Shown in pieces: positions 46,613 through 57,500 of a stretch of 64,000 nt of DNA; position 1 is the first letter of the stretch; each line of letters begins with the position of its first letter. The DNA is from a virus: positions 1 to 64,000 of IMG/VR virus record IMGVR_UViG_3300028569_001145; one strand, given 5' to 3'. The position numbers were made by a program, and so were the translations under genes. The notes under the pieces were generated by a model. The model was given only the letters and a program-made list of their open reading frames with translations, was not told the origin of the DNA and ran no database searches.

Positions 46613-46902
46613 TGGGACTACTTGTAAGCATATTAGGGATACTTGTTTTAGTTTTAGGGTATACAACCTTTAACCTTTTACGTAAAAATGAGAAACAGGA
46701 AGATGTGCTTGCACAATACCTAACATACATGGATAACATATCTAAACAGATAGAATATTCTGATGTAAAGTTAAATCAAATAGACGCTAAGGGTATCTTT
46801 AAATCTGATGATGAAATAGGTTGGTTTTTTGAACAGATAAAGAATCTGCAATTACAGTTAAATAATTTTAAATTACTCGATGACGGCAGAAGCAAAAAAT
46901 AA
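46612..46902 (+). CDS. Single-TM membrane protein
   Basis: Hydrophobic N-terminus; DDEIGWFF. Confidence 0.7.
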   Translation: MGLLVSILGILVLVLGYTTFNLLRKNEKQEDVLAQYLTYMDNISKQIEYSDVKLNQIDAKGIFKSDDEIGWFFEQIKNLQLQLNNFKLLDDGRSKK

Positions 46903-47617
46903 AAATTACTTTACTCATGATACTGAACTTGCTATTATAAAATATAACATAACAGAAGATCTAGGGGAACGTAATAAGATATACCGGGAAGAGATTCATT
47001 ATCCGTTATTTAAGTTAACGCAGAACCTAATACATACGTTTAAATTCTATTATACAGAAGAAACAAATCTAGAAGATCTTCAACATGAGGTCATTACCTT
47101 TTTGCTAACCAAACTGGATAAGTTTAATCCTGAGAAAGGAGCTAAGGCATATTCATACTTTGGAACGATAGCAAAAAGATACTTGATTGCATCTAATCAG
47201 AAAAACTATAAAAAGAGGTTAGAACTACTATCATTAGATAGTTTAAATATCGAACAAGAGGATGGTGAATTCGTATATGGAGATACTTTAGATACCTCCG
47301 AGATTACCCCAGAGACCTTACTAACTCAAGAATTAGAAGATATAACAGAATTTCTAAACGCTTATATTGAGCATTGTACAGAGAATATCTACATTATATT
47401 TCCCAACAGTGATGACGCTAAGATAGCAGATGCTATTTTAAATCTATTTAGAAGAAGAGATAAAATTTCAATCTTTAATAAAAAAGCACTCTACATTTAC
47501 ATAAGGGAGCAAGTTGATATTAAAACTCCTAAGATCACTAGGATTGCTAACGAATTGCGAGATATCTTTAATAGAGAGTATGTTTTTTATCTAGAGAATG
47601 GGTATGTTAATTTCTAA
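46880..47617 (+). CDS. Phage sigma factor-like protein (candidate late sigma)
   Basis: Region-2-like EDLQHE...KFNPEKGAKAYSYFGTIAK; lies upstream of the structural genes. Confidence 0.65.
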   Translation: MTAEAKNKNYFTHDTELAIIKYNITEDLGERNKIYREEIHYPLFKLTQNLIHTFKFYYTEETNLEDLQHEVITFLLTKLDKFNPEKGAKAYSYFGTIAKRYLIASNQKNYKKRLELLSLDSLNIEQEDGEFVYGDTLDTSEITPETLLTQELEDITEFLNAYIEHCTENIYIIFPNSDDAKIADAILNLFRRRDKISIFNKKALYIYIREQVDIKTPKITRIANELRDIFNREYVFYLENGYVNF

Positions 47618-47654
47618 AAGTCTTTAGTTTCTATTTATAAAAAATAGACTTACT

Positions 47655-47990
47655 ATGAGCTTAGATAAGATTATATTCAAGAATAAAAAATTCTCAGACC
47701 TTCTAGAAGAAATATATGATAACCAGAAAAAGAAGGAAAAGCAGATTACTGGCCTGATCGGAGAACTCAGACCACTGGTTCAAGATACCGGAGACGCTAC
47801 CTTGATTGTACCTTTAATCAAAGAGTATTTAGAAATAGGAGTAAAAAATGACGAACAGTTAATTAAAGTAGCTACTATTCTTCAACGAATCTTCCAGAAC
47901 CAAGAATCAGGTGGAGAAGGGTTAGGTATAACAGAAGAAGAAAGAGAACAGTTAATGCAATCAATTGATACCTTAGTTAAAAAAGATTAA
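47655..47990 (+). CDS. Conserved hypothetical late protein
   Basis: CTATTTATA at ~47631; helical composition. Confidence 0.7.
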   Translation: MSLDKIIFKNKKFSDLLEEIYDNQKKKEKQITGLIGELRPLVQDTGDATLIVPLIKEYLEIGVKNDEQLIKVATILQRIFQNQESGGEGLGITEEEREQLMQSIDTLVKKD

Positions 47991-49225
47991 TGTCAGTACT
48001 TGGTTTTGCAGCTATAAATGATGGAACTAAAGCATCTCTAGCCGGTAATAGCCAGGTATTAGATGCTTTAAAGGCTTCTAAACTTATTGCAACTGGGAGA
48101 GTACTTTCTGTGATCTTAGATGAGACACACCCAAGGTATAAAGAGTTAGGAGGACCTAAAGCTATCGGTGCAGTTGAAATTATAGACATAGCCGGAGGTA
48201 CAGCAGACTATTCTACAACCTCTCAAAATCAAAACTACACAGTAGCTTATCCACTATACCCAGGAGTCAAAAACTATCCATTAATTAATGAGGTTATCTA
48301 CTTAGTTTCACAGCCGAGTAAACAGACTCAAAATAAAACTACAGCATTCTCATTATACTACATTAGTGTAGTTAACCTCTGGAATCATCCACATCATAAC
48401 GCAATACCGTATTCTGCAGGATCAACAACACCTCAGAATTCAAAAAATTACCAAGATGTTGCCGCTGGAAGTGTAAATAAGTTGACAGACTCTTCCGGCA
48501 CTATTAAATTCGGTAATTATTTTAAAGAACGTACGGATATTAACCCGTTAAAGCCTTTTGAAGGAGATCATATACTAGAAGGTAGATTTGGTAATAGTAT
48601 ACGTTTAGGGAGTACCGGAGGCACTAGCCCTTGGTCAACAACCGGGGAACAAGGTAACCCTGTTATGATTTTAAGGAACGGGCAAGGTACTATTGCACCT
48701 GATTCTTGGACCCTACTGCCGGAAGATATCAATCAAGACCTGTCCTCAATTTACCTAACATCAACTCAGAGAATCCCTTTCCTGCCAGCGAGTATAAATT
48801 ACTTTTCGTATAAGCAGAACCCTCCTGAAACTCCAAATCAATTCACAGGAAATCAAATAATACTAACCTCAGGAAGGTTACTCCTCAATGCCTCCGCAGA
48901 CCATCTATTATTAAGCTCAGCTAAAAGTATAAATCTAAGTTCAAACTCATCTGTAAACATAGACACCCAGGAACTAGTGATGCAGACAGGTAATATTTAC
49001 CTAGGTTCTAAATCAGCAAAAGAGCCTTTACTATTAGGAGATACAACTACAGCTCTACTAGATGATTTGATTTCAATAGTAAGCAAACTATTAGAAGCAT
49101 CACTTCAAGCCAATAATGGAGGAGGTCCTATACCTAGTTTAAACAAAGCGGGAGCTGATTTACTAATTAGGTTGCAGAGATTACAAACCTCTGAATTAAA
49201 ATCGAAGTATAATTTTACTGTATAA
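47990..49225 (+). CDS. Baseplate hub/spike-like structural protein
   Basis: N-terminal OB-like P.INE.I; GD..LEGRFGNSIRL; EPLLLGD. Confidence 0.6.
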   Translation: MSVLGFAAINDGTKASLAGNSQVLDALKASKLIATGRVLSVILDETHPRYKELGGPKAIGAVEIIDIAGGTADYSTTSQNQNYTVAYPLYPGVKNYPLINEVIYLVSQPSKQTQNKTTAFSLYYISVVNLWNHPHHNAIPYSAGSTTPQNSKNYQDVAAGSVNKLTDSSGTIKFGNYFKERTDINPLKPFEGDHILEGRFGNSIRLGSTGGTSPWSTTGEQGNPVMILRNGQGTIAPDSWTLLPEDINQDLSSIYLTSTQRIPFLPASINYFSYKQNPPETPNQFTGNQIILTSGRLLLNASADHLLLSSAKSINLSSNSSVNIDTQELVMQTGNIYLGSKSAKEPLLLGDTTTALLDDLISIVSKLLEASLQANNGGGPIPSLNKAGADLLIRLQRLQTSELKSKYNFTV

Positions 49226-50385
49226 TGACTCCGGAAGAACTAGAAAAACAACGTCAACAAGAACAGGCAAAAAGAGAGCAGTTTAAGAGGCGAATTAAAC
49301 TCGCAACCTCTATCGCTACAGCCGGAGGAGCAATTGCAGTATCTCAAATCAAAGGTTTAGATAAAATAAATCAAACAATAAACGATAAAGTAGCATCCCT
49401 CCAGAGTAAAGCAATAGGCCAGCTATTAGTACTTGCTTCCGATTTAGGAATTGAGGGTTTAGAAACCGGAATACCTACACTACCTAACCTATGCCCCCCT
49501 GCTGCACTCCTAGATAAAGCACTCGCTATTAGAAATAATTTAGGGGATTCTATTAATATAACAGCAGCTTATATCAATACAGTAAACGCATCTTTAAGAA
49601 TAATTTCAGACTTACTTAATGGAACTATCACAACACTAACTGCTTTAAACCTGCTAAAAACAGTAACATCAGTAGGAGTAAAAGTAATACCGCCAGGTGC
49701 AGTACCTGGAGCAGTTACAGCACTTCTAGCAGACTTAGATGATACCAGAACATTACTTACATTTAAAACAGACGGTACTCCAAAACTACCAGAATTAAAA
49801 AGAGCAGTTGAGATAGGATCAACATACATAAATCAAGCAGCTGTTACTCTAAGTACTATTATAACTCTCCTGGATTTTGTAGATCAAATTTTAATTAAGT
49901 GCGGTAAGAATCCAAATAATATAGGAGATCAAATCAATACCTTACTAGCAACTAAAAAAGCAGAAGATACAACATACAAAGGATTTACATTCAGAATAAT
50001 AGAAAAGCCATTCTCCCCCACCGTTTCCCAGAAGATTGGACAAGCTTTAAATAAAGAAGGTATAGTCTTATTGCAGACAGCACCATCCTTTACTCTAGAC
50101 CCCCAAGTTTTAATTGAGGAATTAAAATTAATAATAGATAGGGATAATCTTACTGCAGACCCTTATACACTGAATGATATAAGTCAAAGCATAAATAACC
50201 CACCGCCCCCAACTACTAAACAAACACCTACTAACCCTGCTGTAAATCAAGACGTTACCCCGCTAGGCTATGCTGGAAAGGTAGTAGGTGAAAAAGGGAA
50301 CCTACCGGTAGGCAACGGATCTTTTGAAGAAGTATATCAATGGACTGGAGATAAGTGGGTATACGTAGAAACTATCAGCATTTAA
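49225..50385 (+). CDS. Structural hypothetical protein
   Basis: Lies in the baseplate operon; helical. Confidence 0.6.
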   Translation: MTPEELEKQRQQEQAKREQFKRRIKLATSIATAGGAIAVSQIKGLDKINQTINDKVASLQSKAIGQLLVLASDLGIEGLETGIPTLPNLCPPAALLDKALAIRNNLGDSINITAAYINTVNASLRIISDLLNGTITTLTALNLLKTVTSVGVKVIPPGAVPGAVTALLADLDDTRTLLTFKTDGTPKLPELKRAVEIGSTYINQAAVTLSTIITLLDFVDQILIKCGKNPNNIGDQINTLLATKKAEDTTYKGFTFRIIEKPFSPTVSQKIGQALNKEGIVLLQTAPSFTLDPQVLIEELKLIIDRDNLTADPYTLNDISQSINNPPPPTTKQTPTNPAVNQDVTPLGYAGKVVGEKGNLPVGNGSFEEVYQWTGDKWVYVETISI

Positions 50386-50397
50386 TATTTATAAACA

Positions 50398-50811
50398 ATG
50401 GACGTTAAAGGACTTAAAAAACTCATTAAGGAAACTGTCAGAGAAGCTATTCAAGAAGAATTAAAGGATATCCTTTTAGAAGCCGTTCGTGCACCTAGGT
50501 TGACATTAGAAGGTACGCCGGTAGGCATCGGCGGATACGGTACTCCTAATCAAACTATGACCGAGACAGTCTTGCATAAAACCGCAACAACCCCTTCATT
50601 AAATACTAGAGAGCAGTATGCCTCTCTACTAAACGGTATGATGGAATCTAGAAACGGTAACCTAAATCTAAATTCAAATAACGCAATGTCGTTCGGAGCC
50701 AGTCAAGAATATAGACCACCAGCAACAATCAACACTGCAGGGGAAGGTTCCTCCTTACCGGCAGGAGAGGTTAACCTAAGCCAGATAATGGGCTTGATGA
50801 CTAAAAAATAA
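50398..50811 (+). CDS. Late hypothetical protein
   Basis: TATTTATA promoter; LKKLIKE.VRE N-terminus. Confidence 0.7.
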   Translation: MDVKGLKKLIKETVREAIQEELKDILLEAVRAPRLTLEGTPVGIGGYGTPNQTMTETVLHKTATTPSLNTREQYASLLNGMMESRNGNLNLNSNNAMSFGASQEYRPPATINTAGEGSSLPAGEVNLSQIMGLMTKK

Positions 50812-50815
50812 ATAA

Positions 50816-51229
50816 ATGACCTTCCAAACTAGAAAGATAAATCCTTTAGATATTGACCCTAATACCGGGGTAGGAGTCGGTTTGGAATTTCAAAGTAAAG
50901 GTGTTTTTCAAACAACCTACACCACCCAACAAGCAATCAAGAATAACCTAATCAACTACCTACTAACCGGGCCAGGGGAGAGGTATTTGAATCCCAACTT
51001 TGGATTAGGTTTGCAAAAATACCTCTTTGAACAACTTACCAGTAATACTGAAACTAGCATTGAAGAAGATATTCAGACAGCAGTAAGAGAATATTTTCCA
51101 TCAATTACTATTCAGAATCTAACCATTACACAAAACCCAGATACTTACCAAATTTATATTCAATTAACTTACGTTATAGGCCCTGTAAATTTAGGAGTAC
51201 CAGATACTTTAGAAATAACACTAGGATAA
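50816..51229 (+). CDS. Baseplate wedge gp25-like protein
   Basis: NL...LLT.PGER..NP.FG..L..LFE. Confidence 0.88.
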   Translation: MTFQTRKINPLDIDPNTGVGVGLEFQSKGVFQTTYTTQQAIKNNLINYLLTGPGERYLNPNFGLGLQKYLFEQLTSNTETSIEEDIQTAVREYFPSITIQNLTITQNPDTYQIYIQLTYVIGPVNLGVPDTLEITLG

Positions 51230-51230
51230 A

Positions 51231-53081
51231 ATGGCTACCAATAAAGATATTAAATATTTAAATAAGGATTTTACTACCCTTAGAAGCCGGTTGATTGATT
51301 ACGCTAAAACGTATTTCCCAACAACCTATAACGACTTTACTCCCGCCTCCCCCGGTATGATGTTTATGGAAATGTCTGCCTACGTAGGAGATGTAATGTC
51401 ATTTTACCTAGACAACCAAATACAGGAAACCTACCTACAGTATGCTCGACAGACTGACAATCTATTTGAATTAGCATATATGTTCGGATACCGTCCCAAA
51501 GTTACTGGGGTCGCTACCGTACCTGTTGACTTCTACCAGCAAGTACCATCAAAACTTTCAGGTTCAGTTTATATACCTGATTTCGATTATACTTTATTAG
51601 TAGCAGAGAATTCAACCATAACTTCTACATCGAATAATACAGTCTCTTTTTTGATCCAAGACAGTGTAGATTTTTCAGTATCATCTTCACAAGACCCAAC
51701 TGAAATTACAATCTATCAAACAGCTGGATCGAATCCGGTCAGCTACTTATTAAAGAAAAGTAGACAAGCAATATCAGCCACCATTAATACAGTAACCTTT
51801 GCCTTCACTACTCCAACACAATTCGATATACGAACTATCACCGGGGATAATATTGTAGGTATTTTAGATATAGTAGATGCTGATGGCAATACCTGGTATG
51901 AGGTAGATTATTTAGGGCAAGATATGGTGTATAAAAAAGTTAAGAACACAAACCCTAACATACCAACTAATTCAGATCCCGATACCGCTTACACCTTAAA
52001 ACTCGAACAAGTACAGAGGAGGTTCACTAGCAGGTTCTTAGACTCAGCAACACTTCAAATTCAATTTGGAGCAGGCACTACAGCAGACTCTGATGAAAAT
52101 ATTGTACCTAATCCAAACAACGTAGGAATAGGCTTACCCTTTGAGCAAAATAAATTAACAACTGCATATTCACCTACTAATTTTATTTTTACAGATACCT
52201 ACGGTATTGCTCCGGCAAACACTACACTAACTGTAAGATACTTAACCGGAGGTGGAGTTCAAGCAAACGTACCTGCCAATGACCTTTTAACATTAGCAGC
52301 AACCGTCAATTACCAAGCAACCAACCTTAATACAAGCACAGCTAATACTTATAGAGCAACTCTAGCAGTTAGTAACCCATTAGCAGCATCAGGAGGAGGT
52401 TCCGGAGATACAATCGAGGATATTCGTCAGAATACTTTAGCAACATTCCCAACACAGTTAAGAACCATAACCCCAGACGACTATTTAATTAGAGCACTAT
52501 CACTACCCTCCAATTACGGTACCGTAGCAAAAGCTTATATTGAACAATCAAAACTAGCTAACCTATTACCTGGAGAGACTCCATCCACTTTAGATCTTTA
52601 CATATTAACTTACGATGTAAATCAAAACCTAGTAACTGCATCTGATACACTAAAACAAAACCTAAGTACGTATTTATCACAATATAGAATGCTAGGAGAC
52701 TCTATTAAAATCAAAGATGGTTTCGTAGTTAATATAGGTATAGATTTTAGCATAACCGTAGATCCTAATTTTAATAGTAGTGAAGTATTATTAAGATGTA
52801 TTCAAGAACTACAAAATTACTTTAAAATAGATAACTGGCAAATTAACCAGCCAATCCTGTTAAAAGATCTTGGAATTCTATTAGACAAAGTAACCGGGGT
52901 ACGTACAGTTAAGACCTTAACTATTAATAATCTAGCTGGAGGATCAATAGGATATTCTAACTACGCTTACGATGTTCAAGGTGCAACCATAGATAACGTA
53001 GTATACCCTTCAATTGATCCAATGATTTTCGAAGTGAAATACCCAAGCACTGATATTAAAGGTAGGGTAGTTTCTCTATAA
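51231..53081 (+). CDS. Baseplate wedge protein (gp6 / baseplate J-like)
   Basis: KDF..LR, G.MF.E..AYVGD..SFY, FG.G, Y..GGG..AN, R.IT..DY. Confidence 0.85.
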   Translation: MATNKDIKYLNKDFTTLRSRLIDYAKTYFPTTYNDFTPASPGMMFMEMSAYVGDVMSFYLDNQIQETYLQYARQTDNLFELAYMFGYRPKVTGVATVPVDFYQQVPSKLSGSVYIPDFDYTLLVAENSTITSTSNNTVSFLIQDSVDFSVSSSQDPTEITIYQTAGSNPVSYLLKKSRQAISATINTVTFAFTTPTQFDIRTITGDNIVGILDIVDADGNTWYEVDYLGQDMVYKKVKNTNPNIPTNSDPDTAYTLKLEQVQRRFTSRFLDSATLQIQFGAGTTADSDENIVPNPNNVGIGLPFEQNKLTTAYSPTNFIFTDTYGIAPANTTLTVRYLTGGGVQANVPANDLLTLAATVNYQATNLNTSTANTYRATLAVSNPLAASGGGSGDTIEDIRQNTLATFPTQLRTITPDDYLIRALSLPSNYGTVAKAYIEQSKLANLLPGETPSTLDLYILTYDVNQNLVTASDTLKQNLSTYLSQYRMLGDSIKIKDGFVVNIGIDFSITVDPNFNSSEVLLRCIQELQNYFKIDNWQINQPILLKDLGILLDKVTGVRTVKTLTINNLAGGSIGYSNYAYDVQGATIDNVVYPSIDPMIFEVKYPSTDIKGRVVSL

Positions 53082-53097
53082 TTCATATTTATAACAA

Positions 53098-54198
53098 ATG
53101 GCTGTTTACAAACTCTTTCCTGAAAAAGACGCTACTCTGTATAGCGAGTACCCGGTTATGAATTCCGGTATCGATGAGATAATAGAAGCTACTACAGCAA
53201 CCAATATAGCCGGACAACAAACCACCAGTCGATTTTTAGTTCAATTCAACCAAGCGCAAATTCAAGACGTATTTAGTAGCAAAATTACCGGATCCTATGA
53301 TGCATACTTAAGGTTGTTTATGGCTAAAGTTGAAGGATTGGCACAAGATACTTTAATATACTGCTACCCAGTTTCAGGATCATGGGCTAACGGTACCGGT
53401 AAATACTTAGATAACCCGGCAGTAACCGACGGAGTAAGTTGGACTTACAAAATAACATCAGGTTCTGGAGCATGGGATACAATCTTTTCAGAAGGAAATG
53501 CAACTGGATCTTGGTCCGGAACTAATACAGGAGGGGGTAATTGGTATACTTCAAGTCTTTATGCTCAAAGTGCTTCCTTGCAGTATAGATCAACTTTTGA
53601 CCTTAACTTAGAAGTTACTAATGTAGTTAATGCTTGGAGCGGTAGTATTATCGAGAATAATGGGTTTATAGTTAAACAAGAAAATGCTGCAGAATTTGAC
53701 CCTAGCCGGAATGTTGAATTTAAATATTTTTCAACAGACACTAATACCATATACCCACCACAGTTAGAATTCAGATGGGACGACTATATCTTTAATACCG
53801 GATCATCTACACAAACTATTATAAATACCTCCAATATAGTTGCTACACTGCCCAACAATCCTGGAGTATATCAACCAGATTCTATTCAAAGATTTAGAAT
53901 CAATTGTAGACCTCAATTCCCAACCAGAGTCTTTACTACCTCCTCCCTATATACAACTAATTATTATCTACCAACAGCATCATACTGGGCAATCAAAGAC
54001 CTAGATACTGATGAGTTCGTAGTTGATTTTGACACAGTATATACAAAGGTTTCTGCTGATGCTAACAGCAACTACTTTGATGTGTATATGAATGGGTTAG
54101 AACCTGAGAGATACTATAAGATCCTAATTAAAACTACTATTGACAATAGTGTTAAGATTTTAGATGACGACTACTACTTTAAAATAGTAAACGGGTAA
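53098..54198 (+). CDS. Virion structural protein
   Basis: Late promoter at ~53086; beta-rich; KDATLY, PPQLE. Confidence 0.7.
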   Translation: MAVYKLFPEKDATLYSEYPVMNSGIDEIIEATTATNIAGQQTTSRFLVQFNQAQIQDVFSSKITGSYDAYLRLFMAKVEGLAQDTLIYCYPVSGSWANGTGKYLDNPAVTDGVSWTYKITSGSGAWDTIFSEGNATGSWSGTNTGGGNWYTSSLYAQSASLQYRSTFDLNLEVTNVVNAWSGSIIENNGFIVKQENAAEFDPSRNVEFKYFSTDTNTIYPPQLEFRWDDYIFNTGSSTQTIINTSNIVATLPNNPGVYQPDSIQRFRINCRPQFPTRVFTTSSLYTTNYYLPTASYWAIKDLDTDEFVVDFDTVYTKVSADANSNYFDVYMNGLEPERYYKILIKTTIDNSVKILDDDYYFKIVNG

Positions 54199-54551
54199 TG
54201 AGTGAGCAAGTTTCAATATCTAAACAAGTCTTTGAAAGCCGACAATACCGTCAGATTATAGATACGAATTTTACACAACTGACTGTCGGAGATGGAGCCA
54301 CAACAACTACTCCTGCCCCCTTGCCTACTGTTTCTGAATTTTTTGAGTATTATTCGGATTTATTTTTTCAAATACCAAAACAAGGAGAAATTAACTCACA
54401 CGAATACTTAATACAACAGAGTAGTGAGTATGTAGGAGGTCAAGCAGTCAATCAAGATATCCTTGCTCTGCAGCAAGAAATAACAGCTTTAAGAGAAGAG
54501 AACTTGCAATTACAGGAACAATTACTTAACTTATCAAGAACAAATGGATAA
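54198..54551 (+). CDS. Structural hypothetical protein with C-terminal coiled coil
   Basis: Overlap-coupled within the operon. Confidence 0.7.
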   Translation: MSEQVSISKQVFESRQYRQIIDTNFTQLTVGDGATTTTPAPLPTVSEFFEYYSDLFFQIPKQGEINSHEYLIQQSSEYVGGQAVNQDILALQQEITALREENLQLQEQLLNLSRTNG

Positions 54552-57500
54552 AACAGTATACATTGAGAACATACCGTCTATTGAACTAGGAGGTCAAACA
54601 TACCAATCCTCAGATACTGCATTAATATCCTCTTTTGATACTGAGAATGCTTTTGACTCTACAGTCAACTATATTGAGTATCACATATACAACGGGAATA
54701 AATTTCTTATTGATACTATTGAGAATCTAGATTCTTATAGGATTTATAACAACCAGGTTTATATAGATCCTGAGCAGGATTTAGAATCTAGGGTATTCCA
54801 ACCAGGGCAATATTATAGCGTCTATAATTTCCTAACCCCGGTACTATCATCAAGCTTTCAAGAAACTTTTTACATCTCAGAAATATCAACAGATAGAACT
54901 GAATTAAGACTTGCAAGCACTGATATACTAGGAGGTGATATTATAGACAGTACAGAAGCACTCAAAACCTTAATAGACTCCTCACCATACTATCAGGATT
55001 TTTATTTAAATTTTGGCAATAATAATTTAGTTATTGCTAACAATATTTTATTAGATGATTCTGATCCGGAGAATATAACTGTTTTAATTAAGCTATACGA
55101 ACCGCTTGCAGATTCGTTTCAATTAAATTCACAGTGTTGGGCTGTTCAAAAGATTGCTGAATCTTTAGCTTATCTTTTCAACGTACAGATGTCTTTTGAT
55201 TCAGTAGATGAATTAATAAGAATTAAAGGACCCAACACAAACATACTAGCTCTAGAATCAGGTAATAAATCTACAGAGATTGTAGCAAGTTCTGATTTAC
55301 TATATACTACTGAGGATAGTCTTAAAAATCAACTGCAGAGTTACTTACAAGAAGCAGGTAGTGATTTAAATATAGACTACTCAGAATATACTAATTTTGT
55401 TTTCTTCTCTAAAGCAGAAACCAGATTAGAGAATTTTTACTATAAACTAGGTTTAATAGAAGAGTATGCATATAGTGCTAGTCTATATACAGACACTACT
55501 AATTTTTACAATTCAGGAAGTTCAACATACTGGGAGAGCAAACTCAAGGAAGTTATAACCAACTTCGATGGATATGAATACTACTTGTATTTTGAATCAG
55601 GATCAACAACCTGGCCAAAATCAAACAGCACACCTCCATACACCAACTACCCGACTACATCCTCACAGGCAGTAGCATGGTTAAACACACAACTAGCAAC
55701 TGCAAGTATTTACGATACTGAGAATAAAGACTCTTTAATAAACTCAGTACCTCTCTATATTAGAGAAAATTCTGACAACCTAAATTACCTACTATTTGTA
55801 GAGATGGCCGGACAGCATTTTGATGATATCTGGCTCTACATTCAAGCAGTTACTGAAAAGTACAACAATATTAATGGAGTAAATAAAGGGCTATCTAAAG
55901 ACTTAGTAGGGATAGCTTTAAGAGATTTTGGAATTAAACTATACCAGAATAACTTTACATCCGATAACTTATACAGTACATATTTGGGAATTACCCCATC
56001 CGGAAGCCTGTTACCGTATACCGGCCAAGAATTAATAAATACCTACGTTACTGCATCAGCAACCGGTTCATTAATACCGGTAAATGACCTTTCTTCTGAG
56101 ATACACAAGAGGTTATATCACAACCTACCCCTATTAGTGAAGAAAAAAGGAACGGCAGCTGGATTGAGGATACTAGCCAATATTTACGGAGTTCCAGCTT
56201 CAATCTTAAGAATCAATGAATTCGGAGGAAAAGATAAAAATACAAATACCTGGGACTATTGGCAGAATACTTTCGACTACAGTTTTAATACTCAAGGTAT
56301 AAATTACTTAACATCTTCTTTTGCTGTAAATACAGCCTGGGGAGCTATTAATAATGTACCTAGTGCTGTTGAATTTAAGTTTAAAACCACAGGACTGCCA
56401 GCAGCTTCTAACTATTCTCAAAGTTTATGGGCCACCGATAAAAACGTGGGGCTAAGGTTAAAATACACCGGTACTGGATTAACCTCTGGATCATATTCAG
56501 GATCTATTGTAGACCCGTACTTCGAATACGGTTACCTAGAATTCTTCCCAGACATTACAGATTTAAATTCAAGTGCTAGTATTTACTTGCCGTTCTTTGA
56601 TGGGGGTTGGTGGTCTGTTTTAGTTAATAAGAACTCTAATAGTGACTATACTCTGTATGTAGGTAATTCATTATATAGCGGCAATGATGGTAATACCTTA
56701 GGGTTTACATCAAACTCAACTGTAAATAAGTTAGGAAACTGGTCAGGAAGTGCTGTATCTTATTTCGGAACATCTTCTTTGAATGCAAGCACATTCTCAG
56801 GATCTTTACAAGAGATTAGGTATTATAAAAATGCACTGAGTCAATCAGTATTTAATGACTTTATAATGAATGGAAGTTCAATTGAAGGCAACGGTATAAA
56901 CTCCGCACCGGATCAATTAATCTTCCGAGCATCTTTAGGAGGTGAGCTTTATACTAGTTCAATTTCAATACACCCTAAAATATCCGGAGAGTGGGTAACT
57001 ACATCTTCATTCGCTTCTGACAGTACTTTTTATTTTAATACAACTCCGGTTTTTACTGCTAATAATTTAATTTCTTTCTACGATCAACCAGTAACAGGTA
57101 TTAAAAACCCAGTTTCTGATAAAATTAATATTCAAGGTAAAACAGTATACGGAAACGTACTTTCTACTTTAACAACCCTACAGCAAAGCTATCCAGCAAG
57201 TTCATCATTTACACGTGACGTAAATTATTTAGAAGTAGGATACTCTCCTCAGAATGAAATCAACGAGGATATTACGGATTCAATTGGGTATTTTAATATC
57301 GGAGACTATATTGGAGATCCAAGGCAATTCTCATCCTCAACATTATCTTACCCTGAGCTAGATTCTTTAAGAGATTCTTATTTTGAAAAGTACAATAAGT
57401 CTTACGACTACCAAGATTATTTCAGGTTAATTAAATTCTACGATAATTCACTGTTTAAGTTAATCAAAGATTTTATACCTGCTAGAACTGCTGCAGCTAC

